64,000 nt of DNA from Mustelus asterias (taxonomy: Eukaryota), in the NCBI RefSeq assembly GCF_964213995.1, contig NW_027590629.1:1-64000 (forward strand), read 5' to 3'. Shown piece after piece: positions 11,921 to 25,221 of this stretch (positions within the stretch are counted from its first letter, which is position 1; each line of letters opens with the position of its first letter). The notes below the pieces were generated by a model that worked only from the letters and a program-made list of their open reading frames with translations, had not been told where the DNA came from and did no database searches. Made by a program: the position numbers and the translations under genes.

Positions 11921-12515
11921 GAACAAAGAGAACAAAGAACAAAGAAAATTACAGCACAGGAACAGGCCCTTCGGCCCTCTAAGCCTGCACCGACCATACT
12001 GCCCGACTTAACTAAAACCCACTACCCTTCCGGGGACCACATCCCTCTATTCCCATCCTATTCATGTACTTGTCAAGATGCCCCTTCAAAGTCACTACCG
12101 TATCCGCTTCCACTACCTCCCCCGGCAACAAGTTCCAGGCACCCACTACTCTCTGTGTAAAAGATCTGCCTCGTACATCTCCTTTAAACCTTGCCCCTCA
12201 CACCTTAAACCTATGCCCCCTCGTAATTGACTCTTCCACCCTGGGAAAAAGCTTCTGAATATCCACTCTGTCCATGCCTCTCATAATCCTGTAGACTTCT
12301 ATCAGGTCTCCCCTCAACCTCCGTCGCTCCAGTGAGAACAAACCAAGTTTCTCCAATCTCTCCTCATAGCTAATGCCCTCCATACCAGGCAACATCCTGG
12401 TAAATCTTTTCTGTACCCTCTCCAAAGCCTCCACATCCTTCTGGTAATGTGGCGACAAGAATTAAACACTATATTCCAAGTGCAGCCGAACGAAGGTTCT
12501 ATAAAGCTGCAACAT
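11921..12515 (-). mobile_element. CR1 LINE 3' fragment
   Basis: SPHYQKDVEALERVQKRFTRMLPG; (AGAACAA)n tail. Confidence 0.9.
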
Positions 12516-12737
12516 GAACATTAATGAACATGGGACATTAATACGAGTGGTTCAGAGTGACATTCCCTTCCATCCGTTCCTTTTTGTGTAGAAGCAGCTT
12601 ACTCCGGCTCTGTGTTTGCCCAGACTGTCCGGGCAATAAGACTGCAGGAGAGGGATACAGCTATGAATCCACACAATGCCAGTCCATGGTGGAGGGTGTT
12701 GGCAGCACAGTGAGCTGTGGTACATGGGACAGGGTGT

Positions 12738-14952
12738 TAGAACATAGAAAGCCACAGCACAAACAGGCCCTTCGGCCCACAAGTTGTGCTGATCATATCC
12801 CTACCTCTAGGCCTATCTATAGCCCTCAATCCCATTAAATCCCATGTACTCATCCAGAAGTCTCTTAAAAGACCCCAACGAGTTTGCCTCCACCACCACC
12901 GACGTCAGCCGATTCCACTCACCCACCACCCTCTGAGTGAAAAACTTACCCCTGACATCTCCTCTGTACCTACCCCCCAGCACCTTAAACCTGTGTCCTC
13001 TCGTAGCAACCATTTCAGCCCTTGGAAATAGCCTCTGAGAGTCTACCCTATCCAGACCTCTCAACATCTTGTAAACCTCTATCAGGTCACCTCTCATCCT
13101 TCGTCTCTCCAGGGAGAAGAGACCAAGCTCCCTCAACCTATCCTCATAAGGCATGCCCCCCAATCCAGGCAACATCCTTGTAAATCTCCTCTGCACCCTT
13201 TCAATGGCTTCAACATCTTTCCTGTAATGAGGTGACCAGAACTGCGCGCAGTACTCCAAGTGGGGTCTAACCAGGGTCCTATAAAGCTGCAGCATTATCT
13301 CCCGACTCCTAAACTCAATCCCTCGATTAATGAAGGCTAGTACGCCGTACGCCTTCTTGACCGCATCCTCCACCTGCGAGGCCGATTTAAGAGTCCTATG
13401 GACCCGGACCCCAAGGTCCTTCTGATCCTCTACACTGCTAAGAATGGTACCCTTCATATTATACTGCTGCTTCATCCCATTGGATCTGCCAAAATGGATC
13501 ACTACACAGTTATCCAGGTTGAAGTCCATCTGCCACTTCTCCGCCCAGTCTTGCATTCTACCTATGTCTCGCTGCAACTTCTGACATCCCTCCAAACTAT
13601 CCACAACACCACCTACCTTGGTGTCGTCAGCAAACTTACCAACCCATCCCTCCACTTCCTCATCCAGGTCATTTATGAAAATGACAAACAGCAAGGGTTC
13701 CAGAACAGATCCCTGGGGCACTCCACTGGTCACTGACCTCCATGCAGAGTAAGACCCTTCCACAGCCACTCTCTGCCTTCTGCAGGCAAGCCAGTTCTGG
13801 ATCCACAAGGCAACAGCCCCTTGGATCCCATGCCCTCTCACTTTCTCAAGAAGTCTTGCATGGGGGACCTTATCGAACGCCTTGCTGAAGTCCATATAGA
13901 CCACATCCACCGCTCTTCCTTCGTCAATGTGTTTGGTCACATTTTCAAAGAACTCAACCAGGCTCGTAAGGCACGACCTGCCCTTGACAAAGCCGTGCTG
14001 ACTACTTTTGATCATACTAAACTTCTCTAGATGATCATAAATCCTGTCTCTCAGGATCCTCTCCATCAACTTACCAACCACTGAGGTTAGACTCACCGGT
14101 CGGTAATTTCCCGGGCTGTCCCTGTTCCCTTTCTTGAATATAGGGACCACATCTGCAATCCTCCAATCCTCCGGAACCTCTCCCGTCTCCATCGACGATG
14201 CAAAGATCATCGCCAAAGGCTCCGCAATCTCCTCCCTCGCCTCCCACAGTAACCTGGGGTACATCCCATCCGGTCCCGGCGACTTACCAACCTTGATGCC
14301 ATTCAATAGTTCCAACACATCCTCTTTCTTTATGTCCACATGCTCGATCCTTTCTGTCCACCGCAAACCAGCAGTACAACCACCCAGATCCCTTTCCACC
14401 GTGAATACCGAGGTAAAGTATTCATTAAGCACCTCCGCCATTTCTAACGGTTCCGCACAAACTTTTCCCCCTTCACCTTTTAAGGGTCCTATGCCTTCAC
14501 ATCTCATCCTTTTACTCTTGACATATTTGTAGAAAGCCTTGGGATTCTCCTTAATCTTACCCGCCAAGGTCTTCTCATGACCCCTTCTCGCTCTCCTAAT
14601 TTCCTTCTTAAGCTCCTTCCTACATCCCGTATACTCCTCTAAATCCTTAACACCTCCTAGCTCTCTGAACCTTCTGTACGCCTCTCTTTTCTTATTCACC
14701 AGGTTCATCACAACCTTCGTGCACCACGGTTCCCGTACCCTACCAACACCCCCCTGTCTCATCGGAACGTTGTCATGCAGAGCTCCAGACAAACATTCCT
14801 TGAAAATCCTCCACTTTCCTTCGGTACTTTTCCCCAAGAATGCCTCCTTCCAATTTACCCGTCTAATTTCCTCCCTGATGACACTGTATTTCCCTTTACT
14901 CCAGAGAAACACTTTCCTAGCCTGCCTGATCCTATCTCTTTCCAATGCTATC
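12738..14952 (-). mobile_element. Young 5'-truncated CR1 with an uninterrupted 710-aa RT ORF (12813-14945)
   Basis: [35 protein letters not shown] motifs; flanked by a ~35-bp direct repeat. Confidence 0.95.
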
Positions 14953-14987
14953 GTGTTGGCAGCTCAGTGAGCTGTGGTACATGGAAC

Positions 14988-15304
14988 AAGAACAAAGAAC
15001 AGTACAGCACAGGAAACAGGCCCTTCGGCCCTCCAAGCCTGTGCCGCTCCTTGGTCCAACTAGACCAATCGTTTGTATCCCTCCATTCCCAGGCTGCTCA
15101 TGTGACTATCCAGGTAAGTCTTAAACGATGTCAGCGTGCCTGCCTCCACCACCCTACTTGGTAGCGCATTCCAGGCCCCCACCACCCTCTGTGTAAAAAA
15201 CGTCCCTCTGATATCTGAGTTATACTTCGCCCCTCTCAGCTTGAGCCCGTGAGCCCTCGTGATCGTCACCTCCGACCTGGGAAAAAGCTTCCCACTGTTC
15301 ACCC
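14988..15304 (-). mobile_element. CR1 3' end, near-identical to 22215-22540
   Basis: FFTQRVVGAWNALPSRVVEAG; tail repeats. Confidence 0.9.
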
Positions 15305-15385
15305 TGGAAACTGAAAATAAATAACATATCAAAATCTGACAGATTCATCCAATTTATTGTAACTGAATATCAGTGGCTTTTGAAC

Positions 15386-16291
15386 GTGGAAGGAAAAAGC
15401 ACCGTTCACGGTGGAGGGAACCATACATGTGTTTTGTGTGTGGACGAGGCCTCAACCGATCATCTGGCCTGTCAAAACATAAGTGCAGTCACTCTATGGA
15501 AAAAGCGCAGCAACGTGTGGACTGTGAGAAGGAATTCAGTTACCCATCCCAGCTGGAAACTCATCGGCGCAGTCACATGGGGAGACGCCATTCACCTGCA
15601 CTGAGTGTGGAATGGGATTCACTCAGTCATCCAACCTGGTGTTACACCAGCAAGTTCACACTGGGGAGAGACTGTTCACCTATTCCGAGTGTGGAAAGGG
15701 ATTCACTCGGTCATCCCACCTACGTACTCATCAGCATGTTCACACTGGGGAGAAGCCAATCACCTGCTCTGAGTGTGGGAAGGAATTCACTCAATTATCC
15801 CACCTGCTGAGACACCAATGGCTTCACACGGGAAGAGGCCGTTCACCTGCTCTCAGTGTGGGAAGAGATTCACTCAGTCATCCAGCCTGGTGTCACACCA
15901 GCGCATTCACACTGGGGAGAGGCCGTTCATCTGCTCTCAGTGTGGGAAGGGATTCACTCAATCATCTGACCTCCTGACACATCAACGGGTTCACACTGAC
16001 GAAAGACCTTTTAAATGCTCAGACTGCGGGAAGTGCTATAAAAGTTCTAGTGAACTGATGTCCCATCAACGTGTTCACACTGATGAGAGACCATTCGGGT
16101 GCTCTCACTGTGGGGCTGGGTTCAGGCGATCATTCACCTGCTCAGAGTGTGGGAAGGGATGCACTCGGTCATCCAACCCGCTGAGACACCAGCGAGTTCA
16201 CACTGGGGAAAGACCATTCATCTGCTCCGAGTGTGGAAAGGGATTTTCTCAGTCATTCCACCTGCTTAGACACCAAAGAATTCACGAGTAA
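15386..16291 (+). pseudogene. C2H2 zinc-finger pseudogene, paralogue of 6644-7692
   Basis: Start ATG>GTG (GTGGAAGGAAAAAGCACCGTTCAC); fingers spread over three frames; the exon 5' part (~11840-11920) is separated from it by a 3.4-kb CR1 nest. Confidence 0.85.
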
Positions 16292-16479
16292 CCACAGTGA
16301 TTGGAATCTGCTGTTAATCCTATCTATGACTGTAATGTGTTAATTGGGTTTATTTTTGCTGATGTTAATGACCTCCAGCCAGTTGTATGATTTAATATTC
16401 TGAATAAAAGTCAAATAAATTAGCTTTGTGTTCGATACTGTGTTGAATATCTTTAAAATCATCAACATAACTGAATTCC

Positions 16480-16915
16480 TTCTCCCTTTGTCCCTCCTCC
16501 ATCTTCACCTCCCCACAAGTGCTCATGGAGGAGAAACTCATGATCTTCTTTGTCACTAAGTTTGAGACAATCCAATCAGCTGCCTCTGTGGCTTCCCTCC
16601 CTTCCCCTAACCCACTCGACCAAACCTCCTCTAACACTCCCCTTTGTCTGAACACTCATCTTTCTGCGGTTTCTCTCCCGCCTCCCCTCATGTGCTCTTG
16701 AGATCATCTTGTCCATGAGACCCACCACCTGATCCCCCAATCCTATTCCCACTGAGCTACTGGCAGCACGATTTCTCCACATTAGCTGTTATTGTTAATA
16801 GCTTCCTCTCCTCCAAATCATCACCCACTTCTGTAAAAAAACTAATCCTTGGCACATGCCCTTGTAAACTACCATCCCATCTCCCTTTCCTCTCTAAAGT
16901 CCTTGAATGTTTGAA
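16480..16915 (+). mobile_element. L2-type LINE fragment
   Basis: EKLMIFFVTKFETIQS and degenerate PISXLPFLSKVLE-like sequence; a homologous piece follows the first ZNF (7890-7975). Confidence 0.5.
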
Positions 16916-18625
16916 TGCCCACATATTGTGAATTGCTTTACCTTTCTCACAGTGTATAGTAAAGTTTATTTTGTTTGTTCAAAACCTGTGGCATAGAGTC
17001 ATAGAAGTTTACATCTTGTGCCTTTATTCACTTGTTAAGTATCTTGAATATCCACCTTTATCTATTTTATACAAACTCACCCAAATCTAAAAGCAGTTTA
17101 TTGGGAATTGGGTGAACGGAACTGAAGGTGGGTTTCCTGGACAAGATGAGCTGCTAAGAGGAGATGGAATGTTGCAATCCCAGCTGATGTTATTATTGGA
17201 TAGGAAGGTTCAAGAATAAAACCCTGGTCAAGCGACCATAACTTTTACCGTTTTGTTTTAGAAATGTGGATGAACAGAGTCACTGACGGCCAATTTACTT
17301 TTAACAAAAACATTTATTAAACATGAAAATATTGACGTTTTCATTCCATCCACCTGCTGCTGCAGTGAACACACAACACAGTGAGGGGAGCTCCCTCTTG
17401 TGAGGTAATTGGTCCCTACCTGGAAGATCACTGAATTTTCAGACGACTGAAGGATCTTATTGGAGAATTATGCTGCTGTACTTTTCTTGTTCCTATTGTT
17501 TGTTATTTTAATATATTTTAATGCAGATGAACCTATTCACAAACTCGATAACAATCTTAGAAACAGCAACAGGCAAACTCGCAGACACACAAACACATTG
17601 ACAGACACTGGGAAACTCAAACACATATACAGATATGCAGTATCTCAGACAAACAGCTACAGGCAGCTGGCACACACACACAAACACATTCACAGATGCA
17701 CACAGACATGCAGACAAAAATACTCAGACTTACACAAACATGCACATTCACAGACATGCAGACAACTCTTGCCTGCTCCGGCCCGCCCGCAGCTCGGAAG
17801 AAATGAGTCCCGGGGAGGGGTGGGATATTGCCGTGATGTCACGTCCAGCTCCTCCCCGGCGGTTAATTTTTAAATAAAAGAGGAAAAAGCGACTGTTTAG
17901 AAATCCTTGCTGACTTGCACATTATGCACAGTGACAGCTTGATGGGGGGTAGTATAGAATTCTAGTATCTGTCCCTTCATTTTAGTATTACCATAATAAG
18001 TAGACTAGGTTAGGGTAATTATAAAGTGCCTTATATAAAATGAGAATTCACAATGCACCTGGAACAAAATATACGAAGGTATTATAAACTGCAAAGGTAT
18101 TATAAATTGTACACCCACAAAGGGGGAGGAACCTCCATGAGGTTATTAGCTCATTGCCCATGTAGGTTCCTCCCCCTTTACCTAAGAAACCCAACCCACG
18201 TCATTACCAGTAACCAAGGCTATAACTAACACCTGCGAATTTTAATTGATGAAAGGAGTCACTCTTTTGGGGAACCAGGGCCTCCTTTATCAGATTGAGA
18301 GACTGCTCCAGCCTCGCTACCCATGAACGAATTTACTCCCTTAAATAGCAGGTCTATGATTAAATTTGTTTTCGCATATCCTTTCTGTGCCCCATTCTAT
18401 TAACAGAATTCGGCCTACCACAGTGTTTCCCATCATGCTGCATTCAGAATGAAGTTGGTCAAGGCTCACAATATAGGGTTTAAAGTACAGTTTAAGCTTA
18501 TAATAGTTGGTTAATTTGTGGGTGTACAATTTATAATACCTTCGTAGTTTATAATACCTTCGTATATTTTGTTCCAGGTGCATTGTGAATTCTCATTTTA
18601 TATATAAATATATAAGGCACTTTAT

Positions 18626-21600
18626 GGGTGATAGGCCAGTTTGTTGCTTTCGGTGTGGGATGTGGGAGTTCCTGGAAACACCTCGCCGCCCCAAGGTTCA
18701 CATTTGCGCCAGGTGCGTGGAACTGTAGCTCCTGAGGGAACGCGTCAGGGAACTGGAGCAGCGGCTTGATGACCTTAGTCTAGTCAGGGAGAATGAGAAA
18801 CAAATAGACATGAGTTATAGGCAAGTAGTTACACCGGGGCCTCAGGGGGAAGACACGTGGGTCACAGTTAGGAGGAGTAAAGGTCATAAGGGTAACGTAC
18901 CAGAGAGTACTCCAGTGATTGTGTCTCATAATAGGAAGGGCTCGGCGACAGGTGTGAGAGGGGAGGGGAGTGAGCAATTAGTGGTGGGGTCACCTGTGGT
19001 TGTCCCACTCCAAAACAAGTATATTGTTTTGGATAGTGTGGAGGAGGATGACTCTTTAGGGGTAAACCACAGTGACAAGGTCACTGGCACAGAGTCAGGC
19101 TCTGTGGCCCGGAAAGGAAAGAGAGGGGTTAGGAGAGCAATAGTGGTGGGGGACGCGTCAGTTAGAGGCACGGACAGGCGATTCAGTGGGTGCGAACAGG
19201 ACTTCAGGATGGTAGTCTGCCCACCTGGTGCTGGGGTACTGGATGTCTCCGAGCGGATAGGAGGCATATTAAAAGGGGAGGATAAAGAAACGGATGCCAT
19301 TGTAAACATTGGTGCAAATGACGTAGATAGGAAGAGCAGGGGGATCCTACGAGAGCAATTCAGTGAGTTGGGAAATAGACTAAAAAGTAGGGCCTCCAGG
19401 GTGGCAATCTCTGGGCTGCTCCCAATGCCTAGGGCCAGTGAGGCTAGGAATAGGGAGATAGTACAATTGAACGCTTGGCTAAAGGACTGGTCCAGGAGGG
19501 AGGGCTTCATATTCCTGGATCACTGGGAAGTTTTCAAGAGAGGAGGCCAACTGTACAAGAAGGATGGGTCACAACTAAATTGGAAGGGCACGAATATCCT
19601 GGCTGGGAGTTTTGCTAGTGCAGTTTGGGTGGGTTTAAACTAATATGGCAGAGGGGTGGGGATCAAAAAATTAGGTCTACAAGTGTAGAGGCTGAGGACG
19701 AGCTTGGGGCCAGGACAAGGCTGGCAAAGAAGAAGAGCACTCTGGGGGAGGATGACCTCACTGGGCCTGGAGGTCTGGAGTGCATCTACTTCAATGCAAG
19801 GAGCGTAGCAGGTGAGGCAGGCGAATTTAGGGCCTTAATGCTTACGAGGAAATTGGATGTGGTTGCGGTGACAGAGAATTGGTTGAAAGAGGGACAGGAC
19901 TGGCAACTGAATATTCCGGGGTACAAGTGTTTTAGACGAGACAGAGGAGGGGCCAAAAGAGGTGGGGGAGTAGCAGTATTAGTTAGAGAGCATATTACAG
20001 CGGTGCAGAGGGAGGACAATTCAGAGGGGTCGTGTAACGAGTCACTCTGGGTGGAGCTCAGAAACAGGAAGGGCGCAGTCACTTTGTTGGGGGTATACTA
20101 CAGGCCCCCTAACAGCCCAAGGGAAGTGGAAGAACGGATATGTCAGGAGATAATGGATAGGTGCAGGAAAAAATAGGGTTGTTGTAGTGGGAGACTTCAA
20201 TTTCCCTGGTCTCGACTGGAAATCGCGTCGGGCTGGGAGTCTGAATGGGGAGGAATTTGTAAAATGCGTACAGGAAGGTTCTTTGGAACAATATGTAGAT
20301 AGCCCGACTAGAGAGGGGGCTATGCTGGACCTAGTACTGGGGAATGAGCCTGGTCAGGTCTTCATGTGGCAAATAGTGACCACAATTCTGTTAGCTTTAG
20401 GATAGTGATGGAAAAGGATGAGTGGTGTCCCAAGGGTAAGGTGTTGGATTGGGGGAAGGCTAACTTCAGTGGGATTAGGCAGAAATTGGGAGCTCTTGAT
20501 TGGGAGAGGCTGTTTGAGGGTAAATCCACATCTGGCTTGTGGGAGTCTTTTAAGGAACAGTTGTTGGGGCTGCATGATAGGCATGTGCCTGTAAAAAAGA
20601 AGGATAGGAAGGGTAGGATTCGAGAACCGTGGATAACCAGGGAAATTGAGGGATTGGTCAAAAAGAAAAGAGAGGCGTACGTTAGGTCCAGGCAGCGAGA
20701 AACGGAGGGACCTCTGGAGAAATACAAAGGAAGTAGGAAATAACTCAAACGAGGAATTAGAAGGGCAAAAAGGGGTCACGAAATGTCCTTGGCAGACAGG
20801 ATTAAGGAGAATCCCAAGGCATTTTATTCATACGTTAGGAACAAAAGGGTTGTCAGGGAAAAAATCGGACCTCTCAGGGACAAAAGTGGGGAATTATGCT
20901 CAGAGACCAAAGAAGTAGGGGACATCCTAAATGAATACTTTGCATCGGTATTCACAAAGGAGAGGGATGTGTTGACTGGGAGTGTCTCGGAGGGGAGTGT
21001 TGACCGGTTAGCGAAAATTTCCATTACAAGGGAGGAAGTGTTAGGTTTTTAGGGAATATAAAGACTAACAAACCCCAGGGCCTGATGGAATCTATCCAAG
21101 GCTGCTCAGGGAGATGAGAGCTGAAATCGCTGGGCCTCTGACACAAATCTTTGTCTCGTCACTGGGCACAGGTGAGGTCCCAGAGGATTGGAGGATAGCT
21201 AATGTGGTCCCGTTATTTATGAAGGGTAGGAAGGACAACCCGGGAAATTATAGGCCAGCGACGTTGATGTCCGTGGTAGGGAAGGAGAGGATTCTTAGAG
21301 ATAGGATGTATGCGCATTTAGAAAGGAATAAGCTCATTAACGATAGTCAGCATGGTTTTGTGAGAGGGAGGTCATGCCTCATTAACCTGGTGGAGTTTTT
21401 TGAAGAAGTGACTAGAATGGTTGACGAGGGAAGGGCCGTGGATGTCGCCTATATGGACTTTAGTAAAGAGTTTGACAAAGTCCCTCATGGTAGGTTGGTG
21501 CAAAAGGTTGGATCTCATGGGATAAAGAGGGAGGTGGCTAGATGGGTGGAGAACTGGCTTGGTCACAGAAGACAGAGGGTGGTAGTGGAAGGGGTTTTTT

Positions 21601-23497
21601 CCGGCTGGAGGACTGTGACTAGTGGTGTTCCGCAGGGCTCTGTATTGGGACCTCCGCTGTTTGTGATTTATATAAACGATTTGGAAGAAGGTGTAACTGG
21701 GATGATCAGTAAGTTTGCGGACGACACGAAAATGGCTGGACTTGCAGATAGTGAGGAACATTGTCCGAGGCTACAGCAGGATAGAGATAGGCTGGAAATT
21801 TAGGCAAAGAAATGGCAGATGGAGTTCAATCCAGATAAATGCAAAGTGATGCATTTTGGTAGAAGTACCGTAGGGGGGTGCTATACGATAAATGGCAGAA
21901 CCATAAAGGGTGTAGATACGCAGACCTGGGGGTGTGCAAGTCCACAGATCCTTGAAGGTGACGTCACAGGTGGAGAAGGTAGTGAATAAGGCATATGGCA
22001 TGCTTGCCTTTATAGGACGGGGCATAGAGTATAAAAGTTGGGGTCTGATGTTGCAGTTGTATAGAACGTTGGTTCGGCCGCATTTGGAATACTGCGCCCA
22101 GTTCTGGTCGCCACACTATCAGAAGGACGTGGAGGCTTTCGAGAGAGTGCAGAGGAGGTTTACCAGGATGTTGCCTGGTAATGAAGGGCTTAGTTATGAG
22201 GAGAGAGTGGGTAAAGAACAAAGAACAAAGAACAGTGCAGCACAGGAAACAGGCCCTTCGGCCCTCCAAGCCTGTGCCGCTCCTTGGTCCAACTAGACCA
22301 ATCGTTTGTATCCCTCCATTCCCAGGCTGCTCATGTGACTATCCAGGTAAGTCTTAAACGATGTCAGCGTGCCTGCCTCCACCACCCTACTTGGCAGCGC
22401 ATTCCAGGCCCCCACCACCCTCTGTGTAAAAAATGTCCCTCTGATGTCTGAGTTATACCTCGCCCCTCTCACCTTGAGCCCATGACCCCTCGTGATCGTC
22501 ACCTCCGACCTGGGAAAAAGCTTCCCACTGTTCACCCTATCTATACCCTTCATAATCTTGTATACCTCTATTAGATCTCCCCTCATTCTCCGTCTTTCCA
22601 AGGAGAACAACCCCAGTCTACCCAATCTCTCCTCATAGCTAAGACCCTCCATACCAGGCAACATCCTGGTAAACCTTCTCTGCACTCTCTCCAATGCCTC
22701 CACGTCCTTCTGGTAGTGCGGCGACCAGAACTGGACGCAGTACTCCAAATGTGGCCTATACAGCTGCGTCATCAGACTCCAGCTTTTATACTCTATACCC
22801 CGTCCTATAAAGGCAAGCATACCATATGCCTTCTTCACCACCTTTTCCACCTGTGTTGCCACCTTCAAGGATTTGTGGACTTGCACACCTAGGTCCCTCT
22901 GTGTTTCTATACTCCTGATGACTCTGCCATTTATTGTATAACTCCTCCCTACATTATTTCTTCCAAAATGCATCACTTCGCATTTATCCGGATTAAACTC
23001 CATCTGCCACCTCTCCGCCCAATTTTCCAGCCTATCTATATCCTGCTGTATTGCCCGACAATGCTCTTCGCAATTCCAGCTGGGGTTGTTCTCACTGGAA
23101 AGACGGAGGATGAGGGGTGACCTAATAGAGGTGTATAAAATTATGAAAGGCATAGATAGGGTGAAAGGTGGGAAGCTTTTTCCCAGGTCGGTGGTGACGT
23201 TCACGAGGGGTCATAGGTTCAAGGTGAGGGGGGGGGAAAGGGGGGGAGGGGGGAGGTTTAACACGGATACCAGAAGGACGTATTTTACCCAGAGGGTGGT
23301 GGGGTCTGGAATGCGCTGCCAGGCAAGGTGGCGGAGGCGGACACACTGGGAACATTTAAGACTTATCTAGATAGCCACAGGAGTGGAGTGGGAATGGAGG
23401 GATACAAAAGAATGGTCTAGTTTGGACCAGGGAGCTGTGCGGGCTCGGAGGGCCGAAGAGCCTGTTCCTGTGCTGTATTGTTCTTTGTTCTTTGTTC
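18626..23497 (+). mobile_element. Near-full-length CR1 LINE (ORF1 SGNH esterase plus ORF2 APE-RT), multiple frameshifts
   Basis: ORF1 IVVGDASVRG..NIGAND..DGSQLN; ORF2 YFNARS, VAVTENWL, GVYYRPP, MGDFNF, FADD; tail (TTCTTTG)n; CTTTAT duplicated at the ends. Confidence 0.95.
22215..23075 (-). mobile_element. CR1 3' fragment nested antisense in the host CR1
   Basis: ORF 22293-~23075 RT C-terminus; splits host ...GGGTAAA | CTGGGGTTGTTCTC. Confidence 0.9.
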
Positions 23498-23649
23498 TTT
23501 ATAATTACCTTCACCTAGTCTACTTATTATGGTAATGCTAAAATGAAGGGCTGATACTAGAGTTCTATGCTACCCCCCCCCCCCCATCAAGCTGTCACTT
23601 ATTCAATTTTTCTGCCATTTCTTTGCTCCCCATTATAATTTCCCCGGAG

Positions 23650-24020
23650 AGATAATGAGGGGCATAGACAAGGTAGATAGTCAATATCTTTTCCCAAAGG
23701 TAGGGGAGTCTAAAACTAGAGGGCACAGTTTTAAAGTGAGGGGGGGGGGGAGATACAAAAGTGTCCAGAGGGGCATTTATTTCACACAGAGGGTGGTAAG
23801 TGTCTGGAACAAACTACAAGAGGTAGTCGTAGAGGTGGGTACAATTTTATCTTTTAAAAAGCATTTAGATATTTACATGGGTAAGATGGGTATAGAGGGC
23901 TATGGGCCAAATGCGGGCAATTGGGATTAGCTTAGGGGTTTAAAAAAAAGGGCGGCATGGAAAGTTGGGCCGAAGGGCCTGTTTCCATGCTGTAAACCTC
24001 GATGACTCTGACTCTATGAC
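23650..24020 (+). mobile_element. CR1 3' end
   Basis: MRGIDKVDSQYLFP..FTQRVVSVWN. Confidence 0.85.
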
Positions 24021-24262
24021 ATCAACTCAAATCCTTTTAGGACATTCTGAAATGCTGTATTTTAGGAAGCAATGGCAGGAACTAAATGCTTGTATTGTTT
24101 GTGCACATATTCCAACCCGTTCAGCCACAGCAGAATTTAATGGATTTGTAGATGCAGACTAACTTATTTAATCACTATCTGAAACATGTCTCATAATATT
24201 GCGTGCTAACAAAAGCAGACACATGCAGGCTTCGCTCACACTTAATGAGAAGGATCCAAGAG

Positions 24263-24335
24263 TGTTTGTACTCGGTTTCGAAAGTGCAACTTTTCACATT
24301 TGAGGCAAACGCAATAGCTACTACACTACAGAATC
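24263..24335 (-). pseudogene. Degenerate tRNA-Val gene
   Basis: Reverse complement GATTCTGTAGTGTAGTAGCTATTGCGTTTGCCTCAAATGTGAAAAGTTGCACTTTCGAAACCGAGTACAAACA aligns to tRNA-Val. Confidence 0.65.
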
Positions 24336-25221
24336 AGCTGACAGCTTGAATTAAGCCCATTCTTAATTCAAGAAGAAAACCGTTACTTTCAACCTTATTT
24401 CTCAACTTATCTTGAACTTCAAAATTTCAATGCGTTCGTCTGGCAAATATCTAAGGAAGGAATGATTTCTGCTCAATCATTAATGCATCATTCTCATCTT
24501 CCTTCGAATTATCTCAACCAATTCTACTCAGTACTTGACTAGTTATTCAATATTTAACATCAATACATTATTTGACACATGTGTCCTCATATGAATTGAA
24601 CATCTTTGAAATTAAAGATCACTATATTGCAAACATAACTGACCAACAGAAGGGATCGAGTCATGGGCTAATACAGATCCCATGGTGCTTATTTGCGATT
24701 GACCATAGTCAGCTTTTAAACTCAGTCAACTATTTTCAAATTGAAGAGATTTTAGTGCTATCCGTTAGTTAGACTTGAGCATTTTGTTTTTATGGGTGTG
24801 AAAGATTCAGGCGCATAAATTTCGGCCATCTATGCGAAAGTCCAGTAGATCCAAAATGGGTCTAGATTTCATCATCTGTCTGAGCGGTTTCTCCTATTTC
24901 TATGCTCTGAAGAAAGATTTTTAAAAAAGATTCTTCTGGGAAATGTGCGCCATTTCCTCCAGTTCACTTACAGTATCATTTGTGTCTGTCTTTTTGAGCA
25001 CACACTAATATTAGACATGGTTCAGATGGTGATTAACCATGTTAGTCTGCACCGACAAACCCATTAAATTCTGTTGTCGACTGAATGAGATGTTAATATG
25101 TGCACGTTGTCAAAATAGAAAAGTTTCTTTTCTGTCAGCGGCTCAAACAAAATCAGTATTTCTTATTTTACAGAAAGGGTTTGAGGCCGAGTACAGAGCA
25201 AAGATAAAATGGTTGTAACAT

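Larger units (their letters stand above)
17930..23599 (-). mobile_element. LTR-like element with ~190-bp fold-back inverted repeats, right arm interrupted by CR1
   Basis: 17930-18120 is the reverse complement of 18516-18625 plus 23498-23599; the interior is homologous (antisense) to 48874-49430. Confidence 0.7.

Noticed and set aside
12813-14945. Domesticated RT gene (also 32579-35116)
   Set aside because: 5'-truncated, retains CR1 tails and has close relatives in the window; openness reflects youth.
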